Origin: Paraglomus brasilianum
Taxonomy: Eukaryota
DNA: 34,748 bases
NCBI GenBank assembly: GCA_910592345.1
Contig: CAJVPI010000335.1
Coordinates: 1 to 34,748, forward strand
Direction of reading: 5' to 3'
In this document: piece after piece, positions 12,211 through 24,704 of the stretch
How positions within the stretch are numbered: position 1 is the stretch's first letter
Layout of the letters: every line of letters begins with the position of its first letter
The notes under the pieces: generated by a model
Seen by the model: the letters and a program-made list of their open reading frames with translations, nothing else
The model's database searches: none
Told to the model about the DNA's origin: nothing
Made by a program: the position numbers and the translations under genes

Positions 12211-12789
12211 CCTAAGCCGTTTTTCTATCATTGAGGGTTTCCGGAATCCCTTATTATTTTATGAGGAGTAAAAATTTTATAGACTGATCGACGACGGAAT
12301 GGTCACGTGTAAAACGCGTATTAGTATCTGGTATGGAACATTTCGCCGTGTCGAGAACAATGCAACTTTTGTTGAAAATGTGCTTATAAAGAGGTTGTGA
12401 CCATATAGAAGTTTTTTATAAGTTTAATAGTAATTGGTTTGTAAACATGATGTGTTTGTAAAGAGATGACCAGATGCCCAGTCAATAATTTAAGGACATT
12501 TTTCAAAAAAAATTTTCGGCAAGTCAGGCCATATTAATACATTTGATTTTTTATATACTGTACATAACATTGTCACTGCGACGTCAAACATTACAAGTTC
12601 ATGATTGGCAAACACGATTGTTAATTATTTCTAATAAACGCTTTTCTTTTATATTACAATTCCCCGGTGTATCTTACAGACTATCGAAACTAATCTCGTC
12701 AGAAGACTTATCCGCAGAGTAATTAGCAATCGAGAACCTGTGTTATACCGATCGATTAATTTAAACCAGAAATAAGGTCACTAACTGGT

Positions 12790-13790
12790 ATTAGCAATTT
12801 AGGTTAGTCAAGCCTCGATTGAAAGCCAAGGTCAATTCTGAACCCGGCAGTATCATCGTTGACATTAAATATGGGAGAGAGCTAAGGCTAAAATTTATTT
12901 CATCATTGGATATTTGTTTGATCGCAAAGATTTGGGGATCTTTTTTAATAGTGATGATCCCTCTAAATATATACCCCCCAAATTTGCTGTCTACCAATGA
13001 GAAGATGATATTTTCTGTTCATCTGGTATGACATCGGGACAGGTTATGAAACATTCTGACAATGAACGCGTTAGCGAAAGACAGGGTTTTGGAAGTTTAC
13101 CGAACAATTCGGCAAGATAATTCACAATGTACGTGAAAAGGGTCTATTGGGTGACATACCAATGCCATTAAAGAACTTTTTGTATAAGCGATTTAAAGAC
13201 TACTTATCACATCGGCGATGCTAAAGATTTCCAAATCTCCATTTAATGCGACAGTAATCAAATTACTAATTTATTCGGGAGCGATAATACTTGGGAGGAG
13301 GATCTGAAATAATATAGTCATTTTGGCAAAATACATAATCCGTGTCACATGTAAAGCCTTAAAGATGGAGCTCGGAAGCTCACCTCTGTTGCTGGTGGAA
13401 TGTTGTTTTGCTGCATTGGGGATGGGTATCAGATGGGGATTTGTCGCATACGCAAATTCTTTGGAATACTGTTGAAATTTCAGCAAGAACAGTTAAAGAT
13501 ACTAAGCTTGTCAACGAGTGTTATCTATATGTGATCCATTGGAAATATTACAACAAAAGTCTTCGAATGTACCGGCCGCGTAGATAATTGAAGTTGGCTT
13601 CCAGAGGTAACCTTTACGCCATAGAGTATTGTAACCCCTTTCATAGCCCAAGGTTTTGACATCCTCAAGCCATTTTTCAGACGAATTCGGCGGAGAGTTT
13701 CGCCAGTGGTGGCTCCATTGGCTAATCAGCCTTTCAAGCATCATCATCCATTACGGTAATGTTGGTTAGAAAACCGACTGGCAGGTTGCC
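12790..13790 (-). pseudogene. Degenerate multi-exon gene of unknown family
   Basis: Cluster of short minus-strand ORFs (12791-12997, 13271-13486, 13511-13747) with an intron-like GTGAG...TTTCAG (~13380-13305); no recognisable family. Confidence 0.3.
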
Positions 13791-14019
13791 TACGGTTGCC
13801 ACTCACTGACCATTGCTTTGGCGAACTGAATGAACAACATGCCAGTTCAATTCTCGACTCTTGGATATCTAAGACTGAACGTGTTCGCGAAATTCATACC
13901 TATTTGTTTTTTATTTGGTATGTTGGATCAAACATTGATGCTCAATTATTTCGAATTTCGCAAAGTCTTACTTTGTGTCTGAGCTTGAAACGATTATACG
14001 GAACAAAGCCATTGACCAC

Positions 14020-14675
14020 CTGAATCGTCGTTGTGCGATTAATATTCCGTTCACTCAGCATGCGCTTTCAGCATATTACATTTTACTCCCACTGACGCGT
14101 CATCAAATCTGGTACGTTATGATGGAATAAGATATAGAAAGTAGAATGAAAATTATGAAACATTGTACGTTGCTACAAGAGATGAAGGAGAAGTAAAAAG
14201 GAGGATAATTCTGGACACTTATCACCACCTTGTATTTTTAATCCCAAACTCATTTGTGTCATCTCAACTCGATATAGCTCCTATTTGGATTGCTTTCTGC
14301 AAGCTCAGAGAGTTCGTCAACTTATCAAGTTGGATTTTGCTAAAGCCAACCCATTGAATGGATTATACCACACAATGAAAAGCATCTTAATGGTGTCGAT
14401 GTGTTGATTACACGAGTTACCATATAAACCGCGCTGAAGTTTAAGGGATGGATGCCGTAGAAGAGTATGTTAATGATATTATGAAAGTTCCAGTCAACTT
14501 AGCAGATATAAATAAAGATGTAATGTCCATGATTAGGTATTTCTGGAATAAGTATTCTACTCGGGATATGGATACCTCTTGGATTACAATCGTTGGCACA
14601 GTCTGGAAGATGAGCAAAGACTATGCATGTTGCTTCTATTCTCGAGGAAAGGTGTGCTATCAAAACATCAATTAA
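14020..14675 (+). pseudogene. gatA: Mitochondrial glutamyl-tRNA(Gln) amidotransferase subunit A (GatA/HER2/QRSL1), C-terminal pseudogene fragment
   Basis: Collinear amidase/GatA motifs: ALSAYYIL..DASSNLVRYDGIRY (~14062-14135), EVKRRIILDTY (~14190), FLQAQRVRQLIKLDF (~14293), NGVDVLI (~14389), EEYVNDIMKVPVNLADI (~14460), LGLQ (~14578). Multiple frameshifts; N-terminal amidase catalytic region not seen. May extend upstream to ~13800. Confidence 0.85.
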
Positions 14676-15659
14676 GGCTAGCTAATGTCGAAGACGCTAC
14701 GTATATAGTACCCTACTACTAACCTATTATTAGTTTTACTACTAAATAGAACACTTTATTGGTTTTGAGTCACTCCTCAGGGCGATTTAATCTTTCATGT
14801 TTGATCTCACTAATTGAAGGAGTATTTAAGGAAAGGCTATTACTCTTCTATTCGGTGATTGGAAACTTTCCTTAATTCTTATGTTCAATTGATATTCACG
14901 CGACGAACGAACTGTATGTATTTCGCTATGATTGCAGAATTCTATAATATGAATGTGACTCAACACAATTCAGTGCTTCAACCCACCTTCTTAAACAATT
15001 ACCGAAATACTGAACTACATACAAGCCGACAATAAGAAATATTCTACTCCTATTTATAGTTACATTTTCAATGCGCGTCCGTAATTCAAATTAACAGCGT
15101 GCATTAACATAATCTGACAAGTTCGTATAATGTTGGTATGCCCATATTTCCATTTCCGATTCCCTGATGTTACCGATTATTCTGATTAATCGGAATAATC
15201 TACAATAATACTAATACACGAATCTTAATGAATATATAATTAATAATTAACGTATCGATCATATAGAAGAAACAGCGAAGGAATAATAACAGATGGAGAC
15301 TTTATTATTGAGAATCGATGTTCGCTGCTATTTACAATAACGGGTTACTATTTCCATTAGAATAAAAATTCCCATTTGATAGGACAACAGAATTTAGAGC
15401 CTAACTTATTGTAATCTAAGATTATCGTCAACAAGAGCGTAAAGCCCAATTAAAGCATAGAGCTAATTCTCAAAGTCAGCTGACAATTCGCTCTTCTATA
15501 TTTAATATTAGCATTAATAAAAATTTTTATTGTTAATTAATTAAAAAAAAAAGCATGCAATACCTGTATGTCAGTATTATGCGATTTACAGAATTATTGT
15601 TATATCAGTTTATAAGATTTTTAGCTTCTTTTTTAAATAATAATAATAATAATAATAAT

Positions 15660-16370
15660 GAAAAAAATGTTTTTGGGTTGGGGCCACTTCCCGATTGAAG
15701 TATTTCCCGCAACCATGACAGATCAATTGCTGGTTGTCTGATAAATGTAATAGGGGAAAGACAATTGCTGCCATTTTTAAAGATAAAGAATTGACATCTG
15801 TATTCCTTTGTAGCCCTCTCCCAACGTAATCCAAGAGAATCCACCAACATTGGAGCCTGACTTGAAATGGCAGAAGCTGATCCATTCTTTCTGTTGTGTC
15901 TACCACTATGTCGACCCCTAGTTCTTCACCACTGTCATCTTCCATTCATCTTCATCTTTGGATTCCTCATCTTTCTCTTCCTCTTCAACCTCACTCTCTT
16001 GCTGACCCCAATGCGCTCTATCAACTTCATGGCCATAAATTTAACGGCAGAGCAGTTGTAGTGCGATGATTTCACATCACAGAACAAGAAGAGAATGTTC
16101 AAAACATGTTTATTGTGCCTGGTCCCTCTCATACTGGTGCTGCATATAGAGACCATGGACCGCCTATTTCAATGCAAATTTAGAAGCATTGCCAGAAAGC
16201 TACTTGGCAGCTCAACCGTTTGGAATCCTGTAGAAAAGAGGTATATTAATATATAGAAAGTGGGCATTGAATAAGCCTTAAGTAAGAATTACAGCTAATA
16301 ATAATACCTGCTGGTCTACACAATACAGCGCTGGTACTGGTGACAGAGAAGAGGAGTGACCACAGTGAAA
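15660..16370 (-). pseudogene. Degenerate gene fragment with acidic tract, unknown family
   Basis: Overlapping short ORFs, acidic run ESEVEEEEKDEESKDEDE, and an intron-like GTATT...CTACAG (~16307-16229). Confidence 0.3.
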
Positions 16371-16511
16371 GGCATTACTGGAGGAGAGTATTGTGTAAGA
16401 AATAATGGCAGTGAGCAGACCACAACAAAGATGAGTATTAAGGAAAGAAATGAACGCGTGATTTGCTTCCATGAAAGGTAATTATTTAGCCGCGTAGTTA
16501 ATAGATTTTTA

Positions 16512-17219
16512 CAGCGTGTTTTTTATGCGACGTAAACGCGTCTCACGCGTCCGATTCGGGAGATGTAAAATGAAAAATAAACATGATAATCAGGAGTATA
16601 TCTACATTGTTTATTATACAAACACAATGTCCACGAAACACAACATCAATGTATATTACATTTGTGGAACAAGAAATTCATCGCCAAACAAAGTGTCAAA
16701 TACGGATGTTGACGTGTCGCACATGACAATTTCGACCACTCATGGGCTCATGGGTACTCGAAAGCATTGCCTATGTTAACCGAAGCCCATAAGCAAAGAC
16801 GTGTTGAGTGGGCATGTCAACACCTTAATGACAATTGGAGGAAGACATTATTTTCCGATGAAACAGCACCAACATTATATTTACCGAAACGCTGAAAGGT
16901 GAACGGCCAATTCGTCCCATGCCCAAAGATCGCACAAAATCTTTGCATGGGGTGGATTTTGCGCAGTTGGTAAAGCAAGCTTATTTTGTTTCCGGAGGAC
17001 AATGGATGCCAAATTTTATGTAGAAATCCGCCAGAAACACATTCCAGAAGTAAATAGGATGCTTGGAGGTAGACTCCAACGAGAATTCCAGAAAGCATAT
17101 CAATTAGATTGGTGAGATCAATAAGACGACGTTGTGAGTTTATTATTGAGAAGAATGGGGAACGGATTCCTTATTAATTATGACAAAATAAAAATCTCCA
17201 GTTTTTTTGTTACACACTG
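16512..17219 (+). mobile_element. Internally deleted Tc1/mariner (IS630-Tc1) DNA transposon
   Basis: Transposase remnants: PMLTEAHKQRRVEWACQHLNDNWRKTLFSDET (first catalytic D at ~16857), AWGGFCAVGKASL, MDAKFYVEI..KHIPEV, then a jump to LVRSIRRRCEFIIEKNGERIPY* (stop 17175-17177). The QDN..H/SPDLNPIE segment is missing. Ends TA|CAGCGTGT and ACACACTG|TA (7/8 inverted match, TA flanks). Confidence 0.85.
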
Positions 17220-17673
17220 TATTTCGAACAAGAGTTTTTGTTTTTACAAAAAGCTGAGCTTTATTAGTAAGCATTCAAAAAATCAAAATTTTTTTATGGC
17301 ACGAATAAATATGATCAAAAATAATACGTTATTAAAAAATGTCACTAGATCATACGATTAGAGATCATCCAGAATTCATTGCAACAATTGAATAGTAAGT
17401 GTAAATAGTTCTATAGTGTCAGGGAAAGAAAGATTTTTCAAGAAAAAAGTAAATCGATTCTTTAACAATAATACAGTATGTCATTTATCACGTGATTCTC
17501 GATAAGTCGATAAATCCTAGAAATCTAGACCATTGGCATCAAATATGCACATAAGAATGAAATAGAAATCACAAGCAACGGCGATGAGTATAAATAGGTA
17601 AGCCATAGAATTACGTCGGCCAATTATCATCATCAATCTATTCTTCATTTCCCCCGTTGCCATCAACTTAGGG

Positions 17674-18137
17674 TCTCGTATGATTTGCAAGAGTTACCCT
17701 CGGTCCAACGCAAGTCTATAGTATTCATTTCCATCACAGATAGCAGAGACAAAATCGATCGCTTTTATCGTTTCCACTAGCCTGAAGATCAAGTTCATTA
17801 GGCTAGGGTTATCTTCAGCACCGACATGGATGGGATCTCGTGCTATGTGTTGGTTACAAGGAAAACGGGGAGCCAGTCGAATTGGACGAAAAGACGTAGA
17901 GTGTCGTGGACGTTGGATTATCATAAGTCCCTACGTATGATAATCACTAATGAGTGTAAAAATTTATTCTTCGTTTGAACAACTCATACCATCGTCCTTA
18001 AAACGAATATCTCTCTTCCATACCTTGCCAAAATCAAGTCTCGCTCCTTCATCACTGAATTCCTTCCGATCAAACCTCCATTGCATCCAGTAAGGAGAGA
18101 ATTCGAGAATGATTACACGCTTAGATGGATAAGACAT
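17674..18137 (-). pseudogene. Two-exon gene remnant; its 3' part (17674-17877) is copy B of the 5225-5421 repeat
   Basis: ATG at 18137 reads MSYPSKRVIILEFSPYWMQWRFDRKEFSDEGARLDFGKVWKRDIRFKDD, then intron GTATGAG...TACGTAG, then an early stop or frameshift. Confidence 0.45.
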
Positions 18138-19059
18138 AGGAGATCAATGTTCGGTTGATTCGATGACGTAAGTTAGTATTTACATGAAAGTAAAAGATCC
18201 AAAATGTTTGATAATTCACATGTCCAGGCTTTACTAACATTCTATCCATAAACATTTACTTTTCCAATATGTTGGCTTCCTCATTGTCATGTCAGCAATA
18301 GGTCCGACGTTGATCAGAGAGCGATTAGGTATAAAAAAAATTAACTGATCGGTTATCTAACAATAAGCCGGTACATTTACTTGGACATTGTTAACCCAAC
18401 ATTCGTTTATTTTATAATAACGCGTTTGTTTACATAGTTTCTATATTTATATACGTTTGCAAAGTAACCCCACTTTTTTCCTTGACTCCTTCCCACTGGG
18501 TAAAATTAATTCCCTTAGACTGGGGTACTTACGTGACAAACCATTTTATTTAAACTTTTATTTGAAACTAACTTGTTCGATTATCAAAAGGTTGCATCTC
18601 CACTCTTTTCTATGCTTTTTAAACCGTTTTCATAAAATTTATTTTCTTGCAGCAGACTTACATCGAAGATCGTCGGCGGATCAAAACCTCATTAGGGACA
18701 GGATTTAAACCCCACATCCATATTCGATGAAGCGCGTAAGGGCCTCACTTCTTATTTCTCGATTCTATGCCGAATAGCACAAAAAAAAATTACTATGCTA
18801 ATTAATATGTACGTATCACCCAATCATTAGCAACGAAATAAACTACGCCTCAATCATAAAACACTTACTTTTCGACATAGCACTCCTAACCGTACGCACT
18901 TTTTCGTGACGTAATTTCCACGCGTCTCCTGACCGAGTACAGACAATCCTTTCCCTTTCTAATACCATTCTAAACCGATATCAATCTCCACATGGAAGTG
19001 TCGAAATACGATATGTGCGGTAGATGAAATTTCGGGATTATTAATTAATCTGCAAGCGA

Positions 19060-20542
19060 TGCAATTATCGAACAATTGTCATCCAAGCGTGCTTAAGAAG
19101 TTTTGGGTTTTCAATGCCAGGACTGATTACCAATTATTGAACAAGAATAGTGTGTCGTTTGAATTGCATAAAAAAGACAGTAGGCTATGCACATGGCCTT
19201 TCTGAGCGTAATACCTGCACGTCTCTTTCGAGCTAAGTGCCCCAGCGGAATTGCCCTCACAGAGATATGAGGATCTTTGATTCAAACAAAGAGCCATTTG
19301 TATCATATGGAAAAGAGTATGGAACACAGTTCATAAAGCATCTTGCAGTAATAAGAGCAAACTGGAATTTCTCCGAAATGGAGAACCACCGGCCGAATTT
19401 AAATGAGATTATTGGATGCGTCCAGCTGGATCTCGACGAACATCTCAAAGCAACCCCACAACTTTTCTTTCAACCGAATATCTCATTATCCTAAAAATGT
19501 AGATCCAATACACGAAATGAAAAACAATTTCGCTCGTATGAATATCACATTAACAATAAGGACATTTCAGAGTATAGAAGCCACGACAACACGCATAGTC
19601 CCGCAACAGAATCAACATTTGACCACGATGATAATGAAAAGAGTAATCTGCAGTTGCATCAATCAGAGGAAAATATTGATAGAGATGAAAGCAAGCCAAC
19701 AGACCAAGAGCATCAGATTTCCACTCCTTCTATTCCAAAGAAACCCAAAACACATGGCCAAGGTTGTCAAACGGACGCGATTACTCTCCCTAATTTTGAA
19801 TCACATAGGACTAGCCGTTACGTTACCGTAACACAAACAGAGACGACATAATAGGACGTACAAATTCAGCAGGGTAAACACATCGAATTCATTACAAGGC
19901 ACGGCTAACATGGACATTTCAAAGGATGCTACGGGTAAGGTCTCTTCAGCATCTACTGCTCCGATACAATCGCGAATAACAACTGAATTTACGTATGTAG
20001 TTCCAAAGAAGCGCGGCCATGGAAGACTAATAATAAAGAAGCTAATACCTAAACCAGTCATTGTTGAACAGAAAGTATTACCTCAAGAAGCCAATGATGA
20101 AGAGGTCTCGGCTTCCTTGGACAATGGGACAACAATCACGCGACGGCGGCGCCGCGAAACGAGTCTATCTAGTAAATCCGATAACAATGACGGTATCTCC
20201 GGATTGAAAAGAAAGAGAAAGCAAGCAGCCAAGGTACCATGGTATAGACGACGTCGTTTGCTTTCGATAGAAGCTTTACCGGTAGACGACCAAAGGGCAT
20301 TGGCCATGTTTGACTTTGTTAAACCTGATGTTAGCGCCGAAGAATTGGAAGGACTATATGAAAAAGCGTATGAATATATGAAGGATTTGAAGGTCGAATA
20401 CAGAAACCTAAAGGCACAAGAAAGGAAACTGACCAGGCAGATAAATGCTCGGATCAGAGAAAATTCAAGCTATGATAAGAGTCAGTCCCGATCCGATCTC
20501 ACGTTTGAACCACAATCCTCAAGAGAGACTGGACTTGACTAA
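19060..20542 (+). pseudogene. Frame-disrupted chromatin-protein gene, ARID4/RBBP1-like (PWWP/Tudor-like N-terminus, low-complexity middle, C-terminal coiled coil)
   Basis: ORFs 19237-19494, 19654-19851 and 19910-20542 appear to be pieces of one gene broken by stops and frameshifts. CPHRDMRIFDSNKEPFVSY..FIKHLAVIRA resembles a PWWP/RBB1NT tail; SAEELEGLYEKAYEYMKDLKVEYRNLKAQERKL resembles the ARID4 C-terminal helix; basic NLS-like runs are present. The family call is from memory only. Confidence 0.45.
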
Positions 20543-22229
20543 AACTTTGTGTATGATCTCTTCGTATGCCTATATCATATGATCTCTAATTTACGGGATT
20601 ATACCAGTCTTTGTAATCTCAGTTGGGATGAATTAGGGATTGAATATAAGTTGTTATTTATGTATAAATAAAGTTATCAATTTATTCTTCTAATTGTTTG
20701 GAGTATTCTCTCTCTACTTCACTCATTAAGTCGAGCTCCAACAAAGAATTTCCAATCGCTAGCGTTCATAATCAGGTCGCATGGATTTTGACAGGTTCGT
20801 TAATGTGTTTAGGTCTTAATTTTGCTACAGCGGCTGTTGCTGTTACGGGGAAAACGGCTCTGCCAAAGGTACCGGCGAAGGAAGGATATGCAAATAGGAG
20901 CGAGATAGAGTGGGAATTCATGTTTCATGTCAGAGAATGTATACTAGCTGTTTCCTACTACATAGTGGAGATCGGTGTTGCCAAACGATTGACAGCTCTC
21001 CTCTTGAATATGCTGAGTTTCATCTCTCTAGTGCCCCCTCTGCTTTTCTTCCGCGCATACCTCACCTTCGCTTTCTTTATCCGATCGAATTGAAATGCTT
21101 CAACGTCGCATTTTCTGGCCATTAAACCAGTTGCCGCTTACGATAACTTATCTTTAAATTGAAGGTTGAAGTTAGGATTGTTAATGGGTTCATGGAAGAC
21201 ATGAGAAGCATGTGACTCTTCTCCCATCTATCATCTAATGGCGTAACTTAGAAATGAATTTGAGCAAGATGTTGTAACAAAGTGAACGGCAACACTTGAT
21301 GAACATACTCATATACAGACTGAATAAACAATCAAGATATGGATTACTTTTTCTATGCATATCCGGAACTCTGTCTGGATAATGGGCAATATTCAAGCCA
21401 CCAAACAGTTAATACATGTGGATCGCATTTCTACTAACTAGCCAGATAATACATAAAGAGCATCACCTGTGTATTTCACTTCGTTCTTTCATTTCAATTG
21501 ATGACAGCGACACTATTGGTACCATGCCATCAATAATTAGCATTCTTAAAGCACATAATCATCCCGTAACTGTAATCCGCAACGATATGCTGGACGTCAT
21601 TTTGCGGCCCGTTCATCTTCACAATATAAATAGGTTAATAGTCTTCATATCTAAATTTTATGTATGGTCATGTGATTAAAATTCAATTTACTGACTTTTT
21701 AATCTTCAAAGATTATCCGTAAGTCACGTTAAAATATCGGTTAAACCCTAATTTTCTGTTCGCATTGTCTCACTAGTTTAATCCAAGGAGTCACGCTAGG
21801 AATAACTTTTGATCCAATAGTTATACTCAATGGACAAAGAAAGTGTTCTGAAACTTTTTTTTTCCAAAATTGTACTTAATAAATGATTGTACTTCTTAGC
21901 TTCCAAGGAAGTTTTTTATTAATGCCCAAAATGGTATAGGCATGTATTGCCAACCGTGGTTGCTGAAATTAATTATCAATTTATAAATTTAATGTCGACC
22001 TTATTTTTAATAAAATTTCACAAAATTTAAATTTCTTGTCTATTTTAGTAACCTCAGTTTGATTTGGATAGACTATAAACTGTCTCAAATCTACTATACA
22101 ATGTTCGCGTTTTTAGGCTTGTTACTTCAAATTTAGGAGATCGTAAATCAAAACATATTAATATAATTTTTGCCTGATATCAGTAGTCCGGTATAATAGC
22201 GTTTACATTTGTTTCTTGTCAACTTACTC

Positions 22230-23400
22230 AAAATTAGATCTAAGAGGAAGCCACTATTCATCTTGATGTTAGTCTTGAACATTTAAAAATAATAACAACA
22301 AAATTAAAAAATACTGGTCGCCATTATCTTCAACGGTAACTGTAAATTACTCATCATTAGGGCAGTAATCGAAGACAGGAAGGATAAGGAGTCGACCAAC
22401 AAATTGAAGGTGACGGGCTGCGTGGAGTAATGCAGCAAATGATGGGACGGTACATGACGGACCCAATATAATTATTACCATCTTATTTGTATATTAATAC
22501 CAAGTATGTGAGACCTTCCTAACACTTCATTGACGACGGTTTTCCATGTCACGAAACGTCTGCATTTTATTGCAGTTCGATGACCAAATAAATTTCCTCC
22601 GTTGGGAATGTTAGCACAACTGACAAAGCTTGGATTGTTCGCGTCGCTTCTAGGATAGAGTTTGTTGACCATATGATAACTTCTTTTAATAAGATTAATC
22701 GTTAAGATAATTGAACTGCTAAGATGACACAATGTCATGAGTATTTGTACGGAATCTAATTAATGTGGGTAATAGGGTGAATGTTGAGAAAACCAAGAAT
22801 GAAACTCCACATTCATTATATACAATGCAAGAACGCTGTTACATGTAACCGGAACGACAAACTCCAATTACTTGATCTAGTCGTGAATTGATTGAAATCG
22901 AATATGCTGCAAGCTTTCCTAAAATGCTAATCTGGCAAGAATAAGTTTGGAGCATCTCGACTATTCTGATATAAAAATAATATATCTTAAAATATAATAG
23001 CCAATCTGAATATTCCCTACAAAGCGATTGTATATAATTAGTATGACAATAGACACAAAAAAATCTACTGGGATTCTTACCTCTTGTATTTGTATCTGGC
23101 TAATATACACAAGATTGTTATGAAGAGTAATAAGCAAGATGTATCCAAAAATTCGTAGTTGCAACTTGCCCACTAATTGGTTGGAATTAAATAATACTCG
23201 CATTAATAACTGAAAGTCGAGATTGATAGAAAGTCACTGTGAACGCATTAAGTTTCGTCCAACATAGAGTCATTACCGTAATATTGAACAGCCATCCAAA
23301 GCTTGGATGACCGCAGTGTTATATATTTCACCTCTGAGAACATCGTCGTTGTCGGTAGCTTGATAAATACAAATTTGCCAACTGATGGCAGGACATGGAT
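22230..23400 (-). pseudogene. Degenerate 7TM receptor (Git3/cAMP-receptor-like GPCR) remnant
   Basis: Successive hydrophobic segments broken by stops and frameshifts: DFLSISTF after an intron acceptor, FGYILLITLHN, IFLCLLSY, basic VRKVS before a hydrophobic helix, FFNFVVIIF. Confidence 0.4.
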
Positions 23401-24187
23401 GTTATAAGTAATAGAAAAAGTCTTCGTATGAACCGGAACTATCTCCCCTAATCTTTGGGATTATCGTAAACCATTATCTAAAGGCAGATTATATTAGTCA
23501 GTTATCGATACTACAAATAAATTCGTCCGCTTTTATTGCTTATCCGTTGGGTATCCGTTTTGGCGAAACCAGATTCCACGTACTACTATACACCTCCCAT
23601 TGTTTGGAAAACAGGATGTATGCACGTCAGAAGTACCATTCTTTGAACGAAAATTCTGTTGTTTCGTACACATCGGCCATGAGCTGATCATACGCAATAA
23701 TGGATGCAACCGAGATGCTTAACAGGTAAGTCAAATATTTCCATCCCATTCGTAAGCACATTAGATGCTTAGCATCAATGACCGCTCCCGTTGATAAAAC
23801 ATAATTCGAACAAAGGTTTCTTATAAGATGATGTCGCAACGGTATATCAGGAATTACATGCTGACGTAGGCGAATCGTTCCCAATTTCATCGATACTCCG
23901 TCAAATGGTGCCTTAGGTGCAGTGGTGCAGCATTTATATTCAAGCAGAGTTCCTGACCGCGTAAGAGAAAGTAACATTCCCTGATGCTATAGGTTAACCG
24001 GTTTATCTGTTATGAAAAGTAATAAGCAAGATATAGCCAAATTCGTATTTTCAACTTGCCCACTAATGGCTGAAATTAAATACACATGTATTAATCACTA
24101 AAGGTGGAGATTGATATAATTATACTCACGCATTATTGTGAACCCATAAGTCTCGTCCAACGTAGAGATATTGCCGTAACATTGAAC
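23116..24187 (+). repeat. Local direct duplication: 23116-23289 and 24008-24187
   Basis: Shared TGTTATGAA.AGTAATAAGCAAGAT, AAATTCGTA, CAACTTGCCCACTAAT, GAGATTGATA, TGTGAAC.CAT, TCGTCCAAC.TAGAG, CCGTAA.ATTGAAC. Confidence 0.85.
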
Positions 24188-24704
24188 CGTAATAATGCTT
24201 TTATGCCGTATCGGTGTTTTTAGATCACTCATTACTTTGAATACACTTCTCTAATAATGGTTCTTGAGGATTTTATTTCGACGTGAAATAAGAGCTATTT
24301 CCCGACGATGGATCGTATCATGGCTTTCCATGAATTGCGATCTAGATTAACTCGATTATCGGAGTGGTGGGGACCAACGACAACCAACCAGGATAATTTT
24401 TAAAGTCTAGAATGTCAACCAGTTCTTCGTACTGACACTTGCAAGTAAACATCCGTTTTTCGTTATATAAATTGCTTCTATTAATGTAGTTTTGAAAATG
24501 CATATTGATCAGATTTTTTTGATATCGCGAGGAACGCATTCTTATTGGTGATTGCGCGCATTGTATGCGAATGTTTCACAAGACCAACCTAAAATTGTGT
24601 TTGTTTACGTGCAGGAAACGAAAATTCGTGATTGTTTACAGGTGAAAAAAGTATTTAATACGCTGTTCTGCAAGTGGGTAGTGTGCAAAATCAATATAAT
24701 AATA

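Noticed and set aside
20698..21125. ORFs 20698-21093 and 20910-21125, and a GATA-finger-like string on the minus strand (CQSFGNTD.PL)
   Set aside because: No recognisable domain on the plus strand; the GATA cysteine spacing is not satisfied and frameshifts are required
21820..22077. MITE-like AT-rich segment
   Set aside because: Putative ends match too poorly to support
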